Numbered from the stretch's first letter, positions 18,069 to 28,235 are shown. The stretch is DNA of 64,000 nt from Minisyncoccia bacterium (GCA_041485465.1 JBGPJO010000002.1:6629-70628), one strand, 5' to 3'. Numbers and translations are program-made. Notes: generated by a model from the sequence alone, not told the origin.

Positions 18069-18695
18069 ATGGATCAACGAATGACTCAGATGAAATACAA
18101 ACTCTGCGTATCGGGCGCGGCTGAGACGGGACATTGCGGACTTGATGCTTTTGATAAAGGAAAAGAGCTTGGTATTGAAATTATCCGCCAAGGCGGAATT
18201 ATTATCACCGGTGCCACGACCGGTTTCCCGACCTGGGCGGCAATGGGGGCAAAAGAACAAGGGGGAATCTCGATCGGCTTTTCCCCGGCTTCGACCGAAA
18301 AAGAACACATTGAAGCGTATCGTCTGCCGCTTGATTATATGGACGTGATTGTGTACACGGGCTTTGGCTATTCAGGCCGGAATCTTATTCTCACGCGCTC
18401 CTCGGACGCAGTGTTTATCGGCTGCGGACGGATTGGGACGATCAATGAATTCACGATTGCCTACGAAGACCAAAAACCAATCGGAATTTTAAAAGGTAGC
18501 TGGGAAACCGATGAAGTCATTGCCGATATTATGGCGAAAGGTTATCGGGTGAACGAGAAAGTGCTTTTTGATGAAGATCCGAAGCGACTTGTCGAGCGGG
18601 TTGTCGCGCTTGTTAAAAAAGACAAAGAGTTATCGGAACATGTATATAAGAATGATGATTTCGTCGGCGGAAAAGTCGGAAACGTTATTCTTTAG
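18069..18695 (+). CDS. LOG/SLOG family protein
   Basis: ITGATTG, SIGFSP, GRNLIL, GTINE. Confidence 0.8.
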   Translation: MDQRMTQMKYKLCVSGAAETGHCGLDAFDKGKELGIEIIRQGGIIITGATTGFPTWAAMGAKEQGGISIGFSPASTEKEHIEAYRLPLDYMDVIVYTGFGYSGRNLILTRSSDAVFIGCGRIGTINEFTIAYEDQKPIGILKGSWETDEVIADIMAKGYRVNEKVLFDEDPKRLVERVVALVKKDKELSEHVYKNDDFVGGKVGNVIL

Positions 18696-18698
18696 AAA

Positions 18699-18730
18699 AT
18701 AAAAAATCCCCCACACGGGGGATTTTTTAT
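18699..18730. terminator. Bidirectional terminator
   Basis: AAAAAATCCCCC/GGGGGATTTTTT between convergent genes. Confidence 0.8.
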
Positions 18731-19077
18731 TTGGCTGCCGCTTTATGAAGTAGGCGGTCAAAGGTTGCCGTATTATGTTCGGCAAGATGAGCAAGTATTT
18801 TCCGATCAAGCATGATCTTCTTCAATTTCAAGGCATGTATGAACTTGCTGTATGAAATGCCGCGTCCTTTGAGCTCCGCGCCGATTTTTATATTCCAAAG
18901 TCTTCGAAAATCATTTTTCTTCGTTCTTCGGTGAGCGAAAGCGTATTTACCGGCATGGACGATTGCCTCGTTTGCCGCGCGTTCCTTTTTCGAACGACCA
19001 AAGCGATATCCCTTCACTTTACGAAGGGTATTGCGGCGGTTTTTGAGTGCGTGTACTCCTCCTTTGACTCTTGGCAT
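18727..19077 (-). CDS. rplT: 50S ribosomal protein L20
   Basis: MPRVKGG, KGYR, FRRLW, LDRKILA. Confidence 0.98.
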   Translation of the reverse strand: MPRVKGGVHALKNRRNTLRKVKGYRFGRSKKERAANEAIVHAGKYAFAHRRTKKNDFRRLWNIKIGAELKGRGISYSKFIHALKLKKIMLDRKILAHLAEHNTATFDRLLHKAAAK

Positions 19078-19081
19078 AGTA

Positions 19082-19267
19082 TTAAATGTTAACTAAAAAG
19101 CGGCGCTTGGCGTGCGTTGTAAGATAAAGCGTGGTTGAGCGTTTTCCGGCAAGTTGTTTTTTTCTGCTTTGCTTTGCCCGAAAATGGTTTTGGTGTCCTC
19201 CCCGTGCGACAATTTTCCCGTTCTTTGTCACCTTAAGACGTTTGCTGTATGACTTATTTGTTTTCAT
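19082..19267 (-). CDS. rpmI: 50S ribosomal protein L35
   Basis: MKTNKSYSKRLKVTKNGK; between infC and rplT. Confidence 0.9.
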   Translation of the reverse strand: MKTNKSYSKRLKVTKNGKIVARGGHQNHFRAKQSRKKQLAGKRSTTLYLTTHAKRRFLVNI

Positions 19268-19268
19268 G

Positions 19269-19781
19269 TTATTTCTTTCGCTCAATGACGAGGCTGAGCC
19301 CCTTCGGTCCTTTTTTTAGACTCTCCGCGATTGCATGTTCGACGGTAATGAGCCGGAGTACCCGTTCGAGCCTCTCTTTGAGGAATTTCTGATCGAGATA
19401 TTTTGAACGTCCCGGAAGAAAAAGGTCTACTTTGACCCGGTGACCCTCTCCCAACCACGCGGAGGCTTTTCTGGCTTTGAGATCGAGATCGTGCTCTCCC
19501 GTGCCGATTTTTACTTGAATGCTTTTGACTTCGACATTCTTGGTTTTTCCCTTTATTGCCTTCTGTTTCTTATTCTGTTCGTACTGGAATTTACCATAAT
19601 CGGCTATTTTTGCAATGGGAGGCAGGGCATTCGGGGAGATCTCGATCAAGTCGAGTCCAAACTCGGAGGCTTTTTGGAGGGCTGACTCGGTTGAAATGAC
19701 GCCAAAGTTTTCTCCTTCAGGGCCGATCAGTCGGACTTCAGCCGCCCTAATTTGCCGATTAACACGGGTGTATTGTTTCAA
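19269..19781 (-). CDS. infC: Translation initiation factor IF-3, non-ATG (TTG) start
   Basis: NRQIRA.EVRLI, LDLIEISP, DYGKFQY; in-frame TAA four codons upstream of the TTG. Confidence 0.96.
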   Translation of the reverse strand: MKQYTRVNRQIRAAEVRLIGPEGENFGVISTESALQKASEFGLDLIEISPNALPPIAKIADYGKFQYEQNKKQKAIKGKTKNVEVKSIQVKIGTGEHDLDLKARKASAWLGEGHRVKVDLFLPGRSKYLDQKFLKERLERVLRLITVEHAIAESLKKGPKGLSLVIERKK

Positions 19782-19918
19782 CGTTAAGAGTGATTAATTT
19801 CTTATAAACTAAATCGAGCATAGTATTGCATGAAAATTGTTAGTTCGCAATGAAAAAACAAGGGGCGTGCAAAGCACGCCCCTAATTGTCAGTGTAAGTA
19901 TTTCAGGAGGGTACTCCG

Positions 19919-20167
19919 TTAACCATAGAGTATCCAGATCGATACGAAGAACAGCACTGCGCCCCCCAGAGTGATGCCGAAGAGAAAGTCTTTTGTTCTT
20001 TTGGTGAAAGGGATGATCTGATTTTCTTCGTGCATCCCGCACCACTCAGCGACCTTTAATGCTAAGCGGGTCAGTCTTTCCCGCATGAGCAAAAAAGAGC
20101 CCATCACCATCATAATGGAGCCCAGATAGACGCCCGAAAAATAGAAGAATGTCTTTGTGAAAACCAT
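19919..20167 (-). CDS. Small 2-TM hypothetical protein
   Basis: 82 aa, two hydrophobic segments; terminator at 19853-19883. Confidence 0.6.
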   Translation of the reverse strand: MVFTKTFFYFSGVYLGSIMMVMGSFLLMRERLTRLALKVAEWCGMHEENQIIPFTKRTKDFLFGITLGGAVLFFVSIWILYG

Positions 20168-20300
20168 CTCAATTTCCCTTCTTTCATTTGGCCGATGGTT
20201 GTTGAATCTTTTTTAATTATATTACAAAATTTAATTTTGTCAATCCCTAGATTTCTGAAAAAAATAAAGAGCCGCAGGCACGCCTGCGGCTCTCGGGGTA

Positions 20301-20489
20301 TCAATCAACATTTTTTTCTTGAGGATCGCAGTCGCCGAAGAGAAAAGGAACCAGTTCCTTAAAAGCCTGGCGGCTTTCTCTGCTCCCCATCCATATGAGG
20401 ACATCATTTTCCTGCGAGCCGCCCGTCCTCTCTTCCGGGCCTTTGGCGCGATAGCCGAATCCACCCGGCTGGTTGTCGAATTGGGGCAT
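20301..20489 (-). CDS. Hypothetical protein (62 aa)
   Basis: GGGAGG SD before ATG; terminator at 20258-20293 right after the stop. Confidence 0.55.
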   Translation of the reverse strand: MPQFDNQPGGFGYRAKGPEERTGGSQENDVLIWMGSRESRQAFKELVPFLFGDCDPQEKNVD

Positions 20490-20514
20490 AGAAACCTCCC
20501 TAGACTGTTTCGAA

Positions 20515-20652
20515 TCAGCGAGCCTTACCAGTGTTGTAATAAAGATCGCTGTTGCCGACGAATTTGTTGCCGACGTAGTAATAGTCGCAGGCGTATTCGA
20601 ATTCGCGTTTGCCGATTCTCTGCCATGACCTAAGAGTGATGGTCCCTCGCAT
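20515..20652 (-). CDS. Hypothetical protein (45 aa, Tyr-rich)
   Basis: GGGAGG SD before ATG 20652; directly downstream of the tmRNA. Confidence 0.5.
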   Translation of the reverse strand: MRGTITLRSWQRIGKREFEYACDYYYVGNKFVGNSDLYYNTGKAR

Positions 20653-20724
20653 TTCTTCCTCCCAAAAGTTCAAAGATCGAAAAAGAACAACACGAGTCAA
20701 TCATGCCTGCTTGATAAAACAGGG

Positions 20725-21123
20725 TGGAGATGGGCGGAATTGAACCGCCGTGCAAGCGAGATTTGAATATGCATCTACAAAATTTAGCGAGTTTGTTTTG
20801 TTTCGAGACGTTTCAATCGAAAGCCCGCAAAAGCTGAAACACTCTAGCCGCTTTTTTTAATCCCTCGTGCGCGGCGCACTCGGGACGATCCTGATTGATA
20901 TCACCTCACACCGCTCTTTCAGGAAAAGAAGCGGGGAGATGTCGCTTAGACGTTAGCGTAAGCGAAAGCAAGGTCGTTTGCCGTAAAGTACGGCGAAACA
21001 ATTGACTTTGCCCGAATAACTAAGTTGTTTACACTTAATCGTTTCCGGAAAATATTAGGAGATATCCGGAGAACTCCACTTTGCACATATTCAAGGACGC
21101 ACCTGTCGATGCCTGGCATCCCC
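20725..21123 (-). ncRNA. ssrA: tmRNA
   Basis: 5' GGGGATG..TCGAC; 3' GGCGGTTCAATTCCGCCCATCTCCA with G3:U70 acceptor pair; internal tag ORF; next to smpB. Confidence 0.95.
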
Positions 21124-21133
21124 ATAGTGGGAC

Positions 21134-21202
21134 GAGAATTCCCAGAGTCATTTTAAAACCCTACCCTACCCATACCTTTTTAAAATGACTCTGGGAATTC
21201 TC
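21134..21202. repeat. Perfect 25-bp inverted repeat
   Basis: GAGAATTCCCAGAGTCATTTTAAAA (21134-21158) and its reverse complement (21178-21202). Confidence 0.9.
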
Positions 21203-21648
21203 TATTCATTTTTCAATGACCGTCTGATTTCTCTATCAGTTTCACGACGTTTTATGGATTCACGCTTATCATGCTTCTTTTTACCGCGCACGATACCGAT
21301 TGAGACTTTGATTTTTCGATTTTTATTATACATCGAAAGTGGCACTACGGTCAATCCTTTCTTCATTTCGGCGGAAGCAACACGAGCGATCTCTTCTTTT
21401 TTGAGGAGCAGCTTACGATTTCTATCCGGTTGATATCGTTCGTCGACATTTTTTGGCTGGTAGGGGGGAATTGTTGTGCCAATTAAAAACGCTTCGCCGC
21501 CGCGCACAATAACTCGCGCTCCTTCGAGCGATCCCTGCTTGTTTCTCAAGCTTTTTACTTCGTGTCCCAAAAGCTCGATACCCGCCTCGAGCGTTTCGAG
21601 GACTTCGTAGTTAAAATGGGCTTTTTTGTTCTCGATCAAACTCATCAC
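21202..21648 (-). CDS. smpB: SsrA-binding protein
   Basis: NKKAHFNY, EAGIELLGHEVKSLR, RKLLL, GKKKHDKR. Confidence 0.98.
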   Translation of the reverse strand: MMSLIENKKAHFNYEVLETLEAGIELLGHEVKSLRNKQGSLEGARVIVRGGEAFLIGTTIPPYQPKNVDERYQPDRNRKLLLKKEEIARVASAEMKKGLTVVPLSMYNKNRKIKVSIGIVRGKKKHDKRESIKRRETDREIRRSLKNE

Positions 21649-21742
21649 GAGGCCAGTTTAGCACAAAAGAAGCCCAGGTCTTTACTTTTCTTGCCGAAAA
21701 GTTTAAACTCGCTTTCCTAACTTTTTTCTGTATACTGGCCGT

Positions 21743-23668
21743 ATGTTTGACGAGAAAGACAAGAAAAATAAAAATAAAAACAAGCGAAACATCGGCGGTT
21801 TTCTGCCGCCAACGTCATTTTGGGGTAATATCGCCTCGCTTATCCTCATTTTCCTGATAATCATTTCACTCTATTCGCTTATCGCGGATTATCAAAAACA
21901 GACTCCGGAGATCGCGCTCTCTCAAGTGGCAGGCGACATCAATGCCGGAAAAATACAGACGATTGTTGTTGAGGGAGATGAGCTCACTCTTACCTATACG
22001 GACAAATCGGAAAAGAAATCAAAAAAAGAATCGGGGGTCGCAATTACGGAAACTCTTAAAAATTACCAAATCCCTCAGGATAAGCTTGCGGTGGTTAATA
22101 TTGAGGTGAAAAATCCGAGCGGTTTCAGTTTCTGGGCCATAACCCTCGCACCGTTCCTGCTTCCGATTGCGTTCATCATCTTTTTTATCTGGTTTTTGTC
22201 GCGGCAGGTGAAAGGCGCGGGCATGCAGGCGTTCACCTTCGGACAGTCGCGCGCCCGAATCATTAATCCTGAGGATAAGGGGCGGAAAATTACTTTTAAA
22301 GATGTTGCCGGCGTGAAAGAAGCGAAAGAAGAGCTCACTGAAATCGTTGATTTTCTTCGCAATCCGAAAAAATTCCTCGATATCGGCGCGCGGATTCCGA
22401 AAGGGATTCTTCTCATGGGGGCCCCCGGTACGGGGAAGACACTTCTTGCCCGCGCGGTTGCGGGGGAGGCAGGGGTACCATTTTTCTCGATTTCCGGATC
22501 CGAGTTTGTTGAAATGTTTGTCGGTGTCGGCGCTTCGCGCGTTCGTGATCTTTTCCAGCTTGCCAAGAAGGCGGCCCCGGCCATAATTTTTGTTGATGAA
22601 ATAGACGCAGTTGGCCGTGTCCGAGGCACGGGGGTTGGTGGCGGAAACGATGAGCGCGAACAAACACTGAACCAGATTCTCGTTGAAATGGATGGATTTG
22701 AGCCGACTGAAAAAGTGATCGTCATCGCCGCGACAAATCGCCCCGATGTTCTTGATCCGGCGCTTCTTCGCCCAGGACGTTTCGACCGAAGAGTGGTGCT
22801 TGATCTTCCGGACCGAGAGGGGAGGGAAGAGATTCTTAAAATTCATGCCGGAGAAAAGCCGCTTCACGAAGATGTTAATTTGAAAGTCATTGCCGAGCGC
22901 ACACCAGGATTTTCCGGGGCTGATCTCTATTCTTTGATGAATGAAGCAGCAATTCTTGCCGCGCGTGAAAATAGAAAGAAAGTCACCCAGTATGATTTGA
23001 TTCGGTCAATTGAAAAAGTGATGCTTGGTCCTGAGCGCAAGAGCCATCTGCTTACCACGAAAGAAAAAGAAATCACGGCATATCACGAAGCGGGGCATGC
23101 CCTTGTCGCGTCCGTCCTTCCGTATGCCGATCCGGTTCACAAAATTTCAATTATTTCGCGTGGCCATGCGGCGGGGTACACCCTGAAGCTTCCGCTTGAA
23201 GATAAGAGAATGCAGTCGAAGAAAGAATTTATCGATGACATCGCGGTTAGTTTGGGAGGCTATGTCGCCGAAGAAATGATATTTGGTGATTTGACGACAG
23301 GGCCGTCGAACGATCTGCAGGTCGCAACCGCGCTTGCCCGCGACATGGTCGCAAAATATGGCATGTCGGATCTCTTGGGACCGGTTGCGTTTGAAGGCTT
23401 AGGCGGAAGGATTTTATTCGGTAGGAGTGTGGTTCACGATGAATATTCCGAAGAAATTTCCGCGAAAATCGACGCCGAGATCTCGAAGATCATGAATGAA
23501 GCAAAAAAGACTGCGACAAAAGTTTTGACCGAACATCGCACGGCACTTGATGCGATCGCGAAGAAGTTGATTGAGGTTGAGGCGGTTGAAAAAGACGAAT
23601 TTGAAAAAGTATTGATTGCAAACGGTATTATGCCGAAAAAGAAACTTGATATCGAGCATCAGGTATAA
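21743..23668 (+). CDS. ftsH: ATP-dependent zinc metalloprotease FtsH
   Basis: Two TMs, [30 protein letters not shown]. Confidence 0.99.
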   Translation: MFDEKDKKNKNKNKRNIGGFLPPTSFWGNIASLILIFLIIISLYSLIADYQKQTPEIALSQVAGDINAGKIQTIVVEGDELTLTYTDKSEKKSKKESGVAITETLKNYQIPQDKLAVVNIEVKNPSGFSFWAITLAPFLLPIAFIIFFIWFLSRQVKGAGMQAFTFGQSRARIINPEDKGRKITFKDVAGVKEAKEELTEIVDFLRNPKKFLDIGARIPKGILLMGAPGTGKTLLARAVAGEAGVPFFSISGSEFVEMFVGVGASRVRDLFQLAKKAAPAIIFVDEIDAVGRVRGTGVGGGNDEREQTLNQILVEMDGFEPTEKVIVIAATNRPDVLDPALLRPGRFDRRVVLDLPDREGREEILKIHAGEKPLHEDVNLKVIAERTPGFSGADLYSLMNEAAILAARENRKKVTQYDLIRSIEKVMLGPERKSHLLTTKEKEITAYHEAGHALVASVLPYADPVHKISIISRGHAAGYTLKLPLEDKRMQSKKEFIDDIAVSLGGYVAEEMIFGDLTTGPSNDLQVATALARDMVAKYGMSDLLGPVAFEGLGGRILFGRSVVHDEYSEEISAKIDAEISKIMNEAKKTATKVLTEHRTALDAIAKKLIEVEAVEKDEFEKVLIANGIMPKKKLDIEHQV

Positions 23669-23701
23669 AAAAAGAAGGCCCGCGCATAGCGCGGGCCTAT
23701 T

Positions 23702-24775
23702 TTATTCTTGAACACTCCAGGCGATTTCCTCGTTCGCACGGAACGGGACGACGCCGCCGACAACGCCGCCATAGAGCGCGGGCACCCTCCAGGGTTCTTT
23801 GGTGAGGGTGGTTGTCCCTTCATTTGGAAGCAAACCGTAAAAATTTGCCCCCCATCTCGACGTAAAGGCTTCAAGCATCGATAACCGATGTTCTGCGGCG
23901 AATACTTCAGCGCACAGCTCAATTGCCGCATGAGCGTTAAAGATCCCCGCTTTTCCGCATTCGCAATACTTTTTCTCTTTAGAGTGCGGGGCTGAATCGG
24001 TACCGAGGAAGAAGCAGGAAAGTCCCGATACCGCAGCTTCTCGGAGTGCTAAGCGGTCTTTTTCCTCTTTTGCGATGGGGAGGCAATACTGATCCGGCCG
24101 TATGCCGCCGCGGAATATGTCCCGCCGATCAATGATGAGGTGGTGCGGTGTTATGGTCGCTGCGGTCGGGCTTTTGCGGGAATATTCTTCTCGTACGAAC
24201 CGGATTCCCTCTCCCGTAGTGACGTGCTCGAACACGATTTTGAGACCAGGGAATTTTTTTCTTATTCCCGCTATGATCGGGATGAAACGCTTTTCCCGAT
24301 CGAATGGATCAATTTCCTCGCTCTTTTCGTCGACAACAAGTTCGCCATGAATGAGAAGGGGAATGCCCATCCGCTCCATGACCTCGAGGACTTTATAGGT
24401 CTTCTTGATCTCGGTCACGCCACTCTCCGAATTAGTGGTGGCGCCCTTGGGATAGAGTTTCACCGCCTTTATGACGTTTTCCGCGAAACCGTGAGCGATA
24501 TTGTGCGGGTCACTCTGGTCGGTGAGGTAGACGGTCATAAGTGGCATGAAGCCACTGCCTGGCGGAAGAGCTTCCACAATTTCTTTCCGGTACGCTTCCG
24601 CGTACTGCCAGGTTAGAACCGGCGGAGTAAGATTCGGCATGATGATGGCTCGCGCGAAGCGCTTTGCCGTGAAAGGAAGGACAAGCTTCATCATCTCACC
24701 GTCTCGCACATGCACGTGAAAATCGTCCGGGCGGCGAATCGTTATAGATTGGTCGCCTTGTGAGCTTATTTTCAT
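23702..24775 (-). CDS. pyrC: Dihydroorotase, E. coli-like class
   Basis: PDDFHVHVRD, IMPNL, KLYP.GATTNS, EHVTT, FLGTDSAPH; SD AAGGAG before ATG 24775. Confidence 0.95.
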   Translation of the reverse strand: MKISSQGDQSITIRRPDDFHVHVRDGEMMKLVLPFTAKRFARAIIMPNLTPPVLTWQYAEAYRKEIVEALPPGSGFMPLMTVYLTDQSDPHNIAHGFAENVIKAVKLYPKGATTNSESGVTEIKKTYKVLEVMERMGIPLLIHGELVVDEKSEEIDPFDREKRFIPIIAGIRKKFPGLKIVFEHVTTGEGIRFVREEYSRKSPTAATITPHHLIIDRRDIFRGGIRPDQYCLPIAKEEKDRLALREAAVSGLSCFFLGTDSAPHSKEKKYCECGKAGIFNAHAAIELCAEVFAAEHRLSMLEAFTSRWGANFYGLLPNEGTTTLTKEPWRVPALYGGVVGGVVPFRANEEIAWSVQE

Positions 24776-24892
24776 GAAAAAGAACTCCTTCAAGTGAACG
24801 TAGCTTCCGCGACCTTACCAAGCTCGTCTGTTTTTTGCAAACAAAAAAAAGGCTGGCGCAGAGCGCCAGCCTGGTGTGCGTGCAACTTTTGA

Positions 24893-25084
24893 TCAGGTGC
24901 GACTAGTAGGGGGAAGATCGCCTGGCGACACTTTATCGGCTTGTCGGGGCGAAAAACTCTGGGTCTCAGAGGTCGTGGGAACGGCCTCTGAGACAAGGGA
25001 ATTCCCGGACCCTTTCTTTTTGTCTTTTGTGTCGCTCACACCTGCCCTTTCACCACTGACGAATTGTCCCGACCACTTTGACAT
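24893..25084 (-). CDS. Hypothetical low-complexity protein (63 aa)
   Basis: G-rich SD upstream; terminator at 24843-24872. Confidence 0.45.
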   Translation of the reverse strand: MSKWSGQFVSGERAGVSDTKDKKKGSGNSLVSEAVPTTSETQSFSPRQADKVSPGDLPPTSRT

Positions 25085-25153
25085 AGCATAACCCCCCTTG
25101 TTGTTCGTTGCAGCCTTCCTGATTTTAAAGTAGATTCAAGAACGACGCAACCA

Positions 25154-25690
25154 ATGAAATTTCTTTTCGACATTTTCCCGATACTACTCTTCTTTATCGT
25201 CTATAAATTTTTCGGTATCTATACCGCGACTGGGGTTGCGATCGCGGCCTCTCTTCTCCAAATAGGTTTTGTTTTCGCTTTAGGCAAAAAGATAGAATAT
25301 ACGATGTGGGTCAACCTTATTGTCATTTCTCTCTTCGGTGGTATGACCCTCATCTTTCACAATGAGATTTTTATAAAATGGAAGCCGACGATTCTCTATC
25401 TGACGTTCGCCCTTTCCCTCCTGATCTCTGATCTTTATTTCAAGAAGAACCTTCTGAAGACGCTGATGCGCGAAGGGCTTGAGCTTCCCGAAAAAGTCTG
25501 GAGGGGGATGAATAGCGCCTGGATTCTTTTTTTCAGTCTGCTTGCGGCGGTCAATCTGATCGTCGCCTATACGTTTTCGACCGACACGTGGGTCAATTTC
25601 AAATTATTCGGCCTTATCGGCCTCACTATAATTTTTATTGTAGTCCAAAGCTTCTTTATCGCGCGCTACGTCACTATTAAAGAGCAGTGA
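25154..25690 (+). CDS. yciB: Inner membrane protein YciB/IspZ
   Basis: MKFLFDIFP, FIKWKPTI, WVNFKLFG. Confidence 0.92.
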   Translation: MKFLFDIFPILLFFIVYKFFGIYTATGVAIAASLLQIGFVFALGKKIEYTMWVNLIVISLFGGMTLIFHNEIFIKWKPTILYLTFALSLLISDLYFKKNLLKTLMREGLELPEKVWRGMNSAWILFFSLLAAVNLIVAYTFSTDTWVNFKLFGLIGLTIIFIVVQSFFIARYVTIKEQ

Positions 25691-25707
25691 GGAACTTAGG
25701 GGCACTC

Positions 25708-25956
25708 TTAGTGATGATTTATTGTTTCCCTAATCTGTTTAAAACTTTTGATTCCGTAGAGAAAGATAATAAATGAAATAACGAGCGTCACCGCTCCAAG
25801 CGGGAGTCCAACAATAGGGGATGTAAATTTGAATATAAAAGCGGCAAGTACGACAACGCCGAGCGCTGTCCTCGTGTAGGCAAGAAACGTCCGCTGGTTG
25901 GCGAGGTGTGTTCGATGTTTATCGAGACCGTTTCTGTTTGTTCCGTTTCGAGCCAT
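25708..25956 (-). CDS. DUF202/YidH-type membrane protein
   Basis: RTHLANQRTFLAYTRT followed by TM segments. Confidence 0.85.
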   Translation of the reverse strand: MARNGTNRNGLDKHRTHLANQRTFLAYTRTALGVVVLAAFIFKFTSPIVGLPLGAVTLVISFIIFLYGIKSFKQIRETINHH

Positions 25957-25985
25957 CACTCTTTACTATATAGTATACAGTATAG

Positions 25986-26058
25986 TGCGCGTGCCTGGAC
26001 TCGAACCAGGGACCAGTCGTGTATAAGACGACCGCTCTACCATCTGAGCTACACGCGC
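25986..26058 (-). tRNA. tRNA-Ile(UAU)
   Basis: Cloverleaf GCGCGTG/CACGCGC-A; anticodon arm GTCGT-CTTATAC-ACGAC; TTCGA T-loop. Confidence 0.88.
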
Positions 26059-26081
26059 AAACCCCCTATACTATACAGCTC

Positions 26082-28235
26082 CTATTCAAAGTGCAAAGAT
26101 TCGGTCTGTAACCGAAGGCGCTCTTTAAGCAGGGGATAATTTTCAAGATCTTTATCTTTTTCGATCAGTTTCCGTGCCTCGACCCGCGCCGCTTCAACCA
26201 TTTTTATATTCTTTATTGCTTCCATGCCGACGTCGCTGATACCCCACTGGCGCCTGCCGTAAAGCTCTCCCGCGCCGCGAAGTCCCAAATCAAGTTCGGC
26301 AAGCTCGAAACCATTTTTAGCCTTCACCAGAGCTTTCAAGCGATCCATCGACTTACCTCCCTTGATCTCGCTGAATAAATAACAAAACGGCTGATGATTA
26401 CTTCTTAAAACTCTGCCGCGGAGTTGATGCAGCTGGGCAAGTCCGAAGCGCTCCGCCCCTTCGATTATAATATTGGTCGCGTTTGGCACGTTTACGCCGA
26501 CCTCGACGACCGAGGTTGCGACTAAGATATTTATTTCGTGATTTTTAAACGACAGCATCACCTCGTCTTTCTCCTTGGGCTTCATTTTGCTGTGAAGGAT
26601 TGCAATCTCAAACTCGGGGAAGACTTCCTCTTTGAGTCGCTTTGTTTCCGCCTTGACCGATTTTGCTTCAAGCGCGAGTTCTTTCGTCGGATCGGGCTCG
26701 TCTATTCTCGGACAGATGATATACGCTTGGCGTCCGTCTTTCAGTTCCTTCCGAATTTTTTCATAGACGTCTTTTCTTTTTTCCGGAGGGACGATTTCGG
26801 TATTGATCGGCTTTCTTCCTTTCGGCATTTCATCAAGAAGGCTTAAATCAAGGTCACCGTAAATGCTGAGCGCAAGCGTTCTTGGGATCGGTGTTGCCGT
26901 CATTGAAAGAAGATGCGGCAGGATATCGCCTTTTCGCGCAAGATTTTTTCTTTGCGCCGTGCCGAAGCGGTGCTGTTCATCGATAATAATGTAGGCGAGA
27001 TCTTTGAATTTTACCGTCTTTTGAATAAGGGCATGGGTGCCAAGAAGAATGGCGATCTCGCCGTTTAGGACCCACTTTAAAAGCTGGGTGCGAGAGATAT
27101 TCGTCCACCCTGAAGGGTTTACCTTTGAAGGAAACTTTCGGCAACCGGAACCCGTGATAAGGGCGATGTTTATGGGGAGATGCTTGAAATATTCGATGAA
27201 TGATTCGAAGTGTTGAGAAGCAAGAATCTCGGTTGGCGCCATATAGGCGACTTGGAGATTGCCGAAGTCTTTTTCCGAGGGCCGGGTCGTCACCGCTGCA
27301 TAGGCAGAGACGGCGGCAACCGCCGTTTTCCCCGACCCGACATCACCCTCGAGGAGTCGCGACATGGGGTGCCCCGCTTCAAAATCTTTCAAGATCGTTT
27401 CGATCACCCGCTCCTGAGCGAGAGTTGCCTCAAAGGGAAAGCGCTTGATGAAATCGCTTATCTCGGATTTTGATTTTTTGATTATGAACGACCTTTTTTC
27501 CTCGTATTCTTTGCGTTCTCTGAATTTCTCGAGCTGAATAAAAAAAATTTCCTCAAACGAAAAACGCTTCCTCGCGGCAAGCGCCGCGCTCTCTTTTTTG
27601 GGCGTGTGAATGAAAATTAAAGCGGTTTTTAAGCCGGGCAAATGATAGGTGTCCAAAATATCCTTCGGGATCGGGTCATGAAGAGAGTTCAAAAAACTTT
27701 CCGAGAGGATTTTTTTTATGGCGTGGTAGAACCAGCGTGAGGTAATGCCGCGGCTCTCCGCATATGTCGGATAGAGTGCCGCTCCACCCTCCCCCTCAAA
27801 GAGCGACTCGGCGCTTCCCGAGGGAAGTCCCAGCAACTTTTCGATCTCGGGATTTGCAAAATATAATTCTCCTTTTCTTTCCGCCACCTTTCCGACGACC
27901 CTAACCGGGGATCCCTCGCCGATCATTTTTGCAAGATACGGCTGGTTGAACCACACCGCTTTTATTCTTCCCGTTTGATCTTCAATTACGCCATCGGCCA
28001 TCGGAATGCGTTTTCTGAAGGCCTTGCCAAGTTTCAGGTTTCTTATAATGCCATAAAGCGCCACCTCATCGCCCTTTCTAAGCTCGCGCACGGTTTTGTG
28101 AGGAACGGGCTTCGCGTAGTGGGTCGGGAAGTGGTAGAGAAGGTCACTTAACGTTCGTAGTCCGAGTTTTTTGAGAGCGGTTTTCTGAAGACTTGTCAGT
28201 TTAAAAACTTCCTCCATTTCCGTCTCACGTGTCAT
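26082..28235 (-). CDS. recG: ATP-dependent DNA helicase RecG
   Basis: GDVGSGKT, APTEILA, DEQHRFG, ERFGLAQLHQLRGRV. Confidence 0.98.
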   Translation of the reverse strand: MTRETEMEEVFKLTSLQKTALKKLGLRTLSDLLYHFPTHYAKPVPHKTVRELRKGDEVALYGIIRNLKLGKAFRKRIPMADGVIEDQTGRIKAVWFNQPYLAKMIGEGSPVRVVGKVAERKGELYFANPEIEKLLGLPSGSAESLFEGEGGAALYPTYAESRGITSRWFYHAIKKILSESFLNSLHDPIPKDILDTYHLPGLKTALIFIHTPKKESAALAARKRFSFEEIFFIQLEKFRERKEYEEKRSFIIKKSKSEISDFIKRFPFEATLAQERVIETILKDFEAGHPMSRLLEGDVGSGKTAVAAVSAYAAVTTRPSEKDFGNLQVAYMAPTEILASQHFESFIEYFKHLPINIALITGSGCRKFPSKVNPSGWTNISRTQLLKWVLNGEIAILLGTHALIQKTVKFKDLAYIIIDEQHRFGTAQRKNLARKGDILPHLLSMTATPIPRTLALSIYGDLDLSLLDEMPKGRKPINTEIVPPEKRKDVYEKIRKELKDGRQAYIICPRIDEPDPTKELALEAKSVKAETKRLKEEVFPEFEIAILHSKMKPKEKDEVMLSFKNHEINILVATSVVEVGVNVPNATNIIIEGAERFGLAQLHQLRGRVLRSNHQPFCYLFSEIKGGKSMDRLKALVKAKNGFELAELDLGLRGAGELYGRRQWGISDVGMEAIKNIKMVEAARVEARKLIEKDKDLENYPLLKERLRLQTESLHFE

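Noticed and set aside
22019-22867. Long antisense ORFs (282 and 216 aa) within ftsH; similarly 38151..38954 over pilM/pilN
   Set aside because: Typical antisense mirrors of conserved coding sequence.
25986-26058. Possible AUA codon reassignment
   Set aside because: ATA occurs at conserved Ile positions in FtsH (AIIF, DEIDA).
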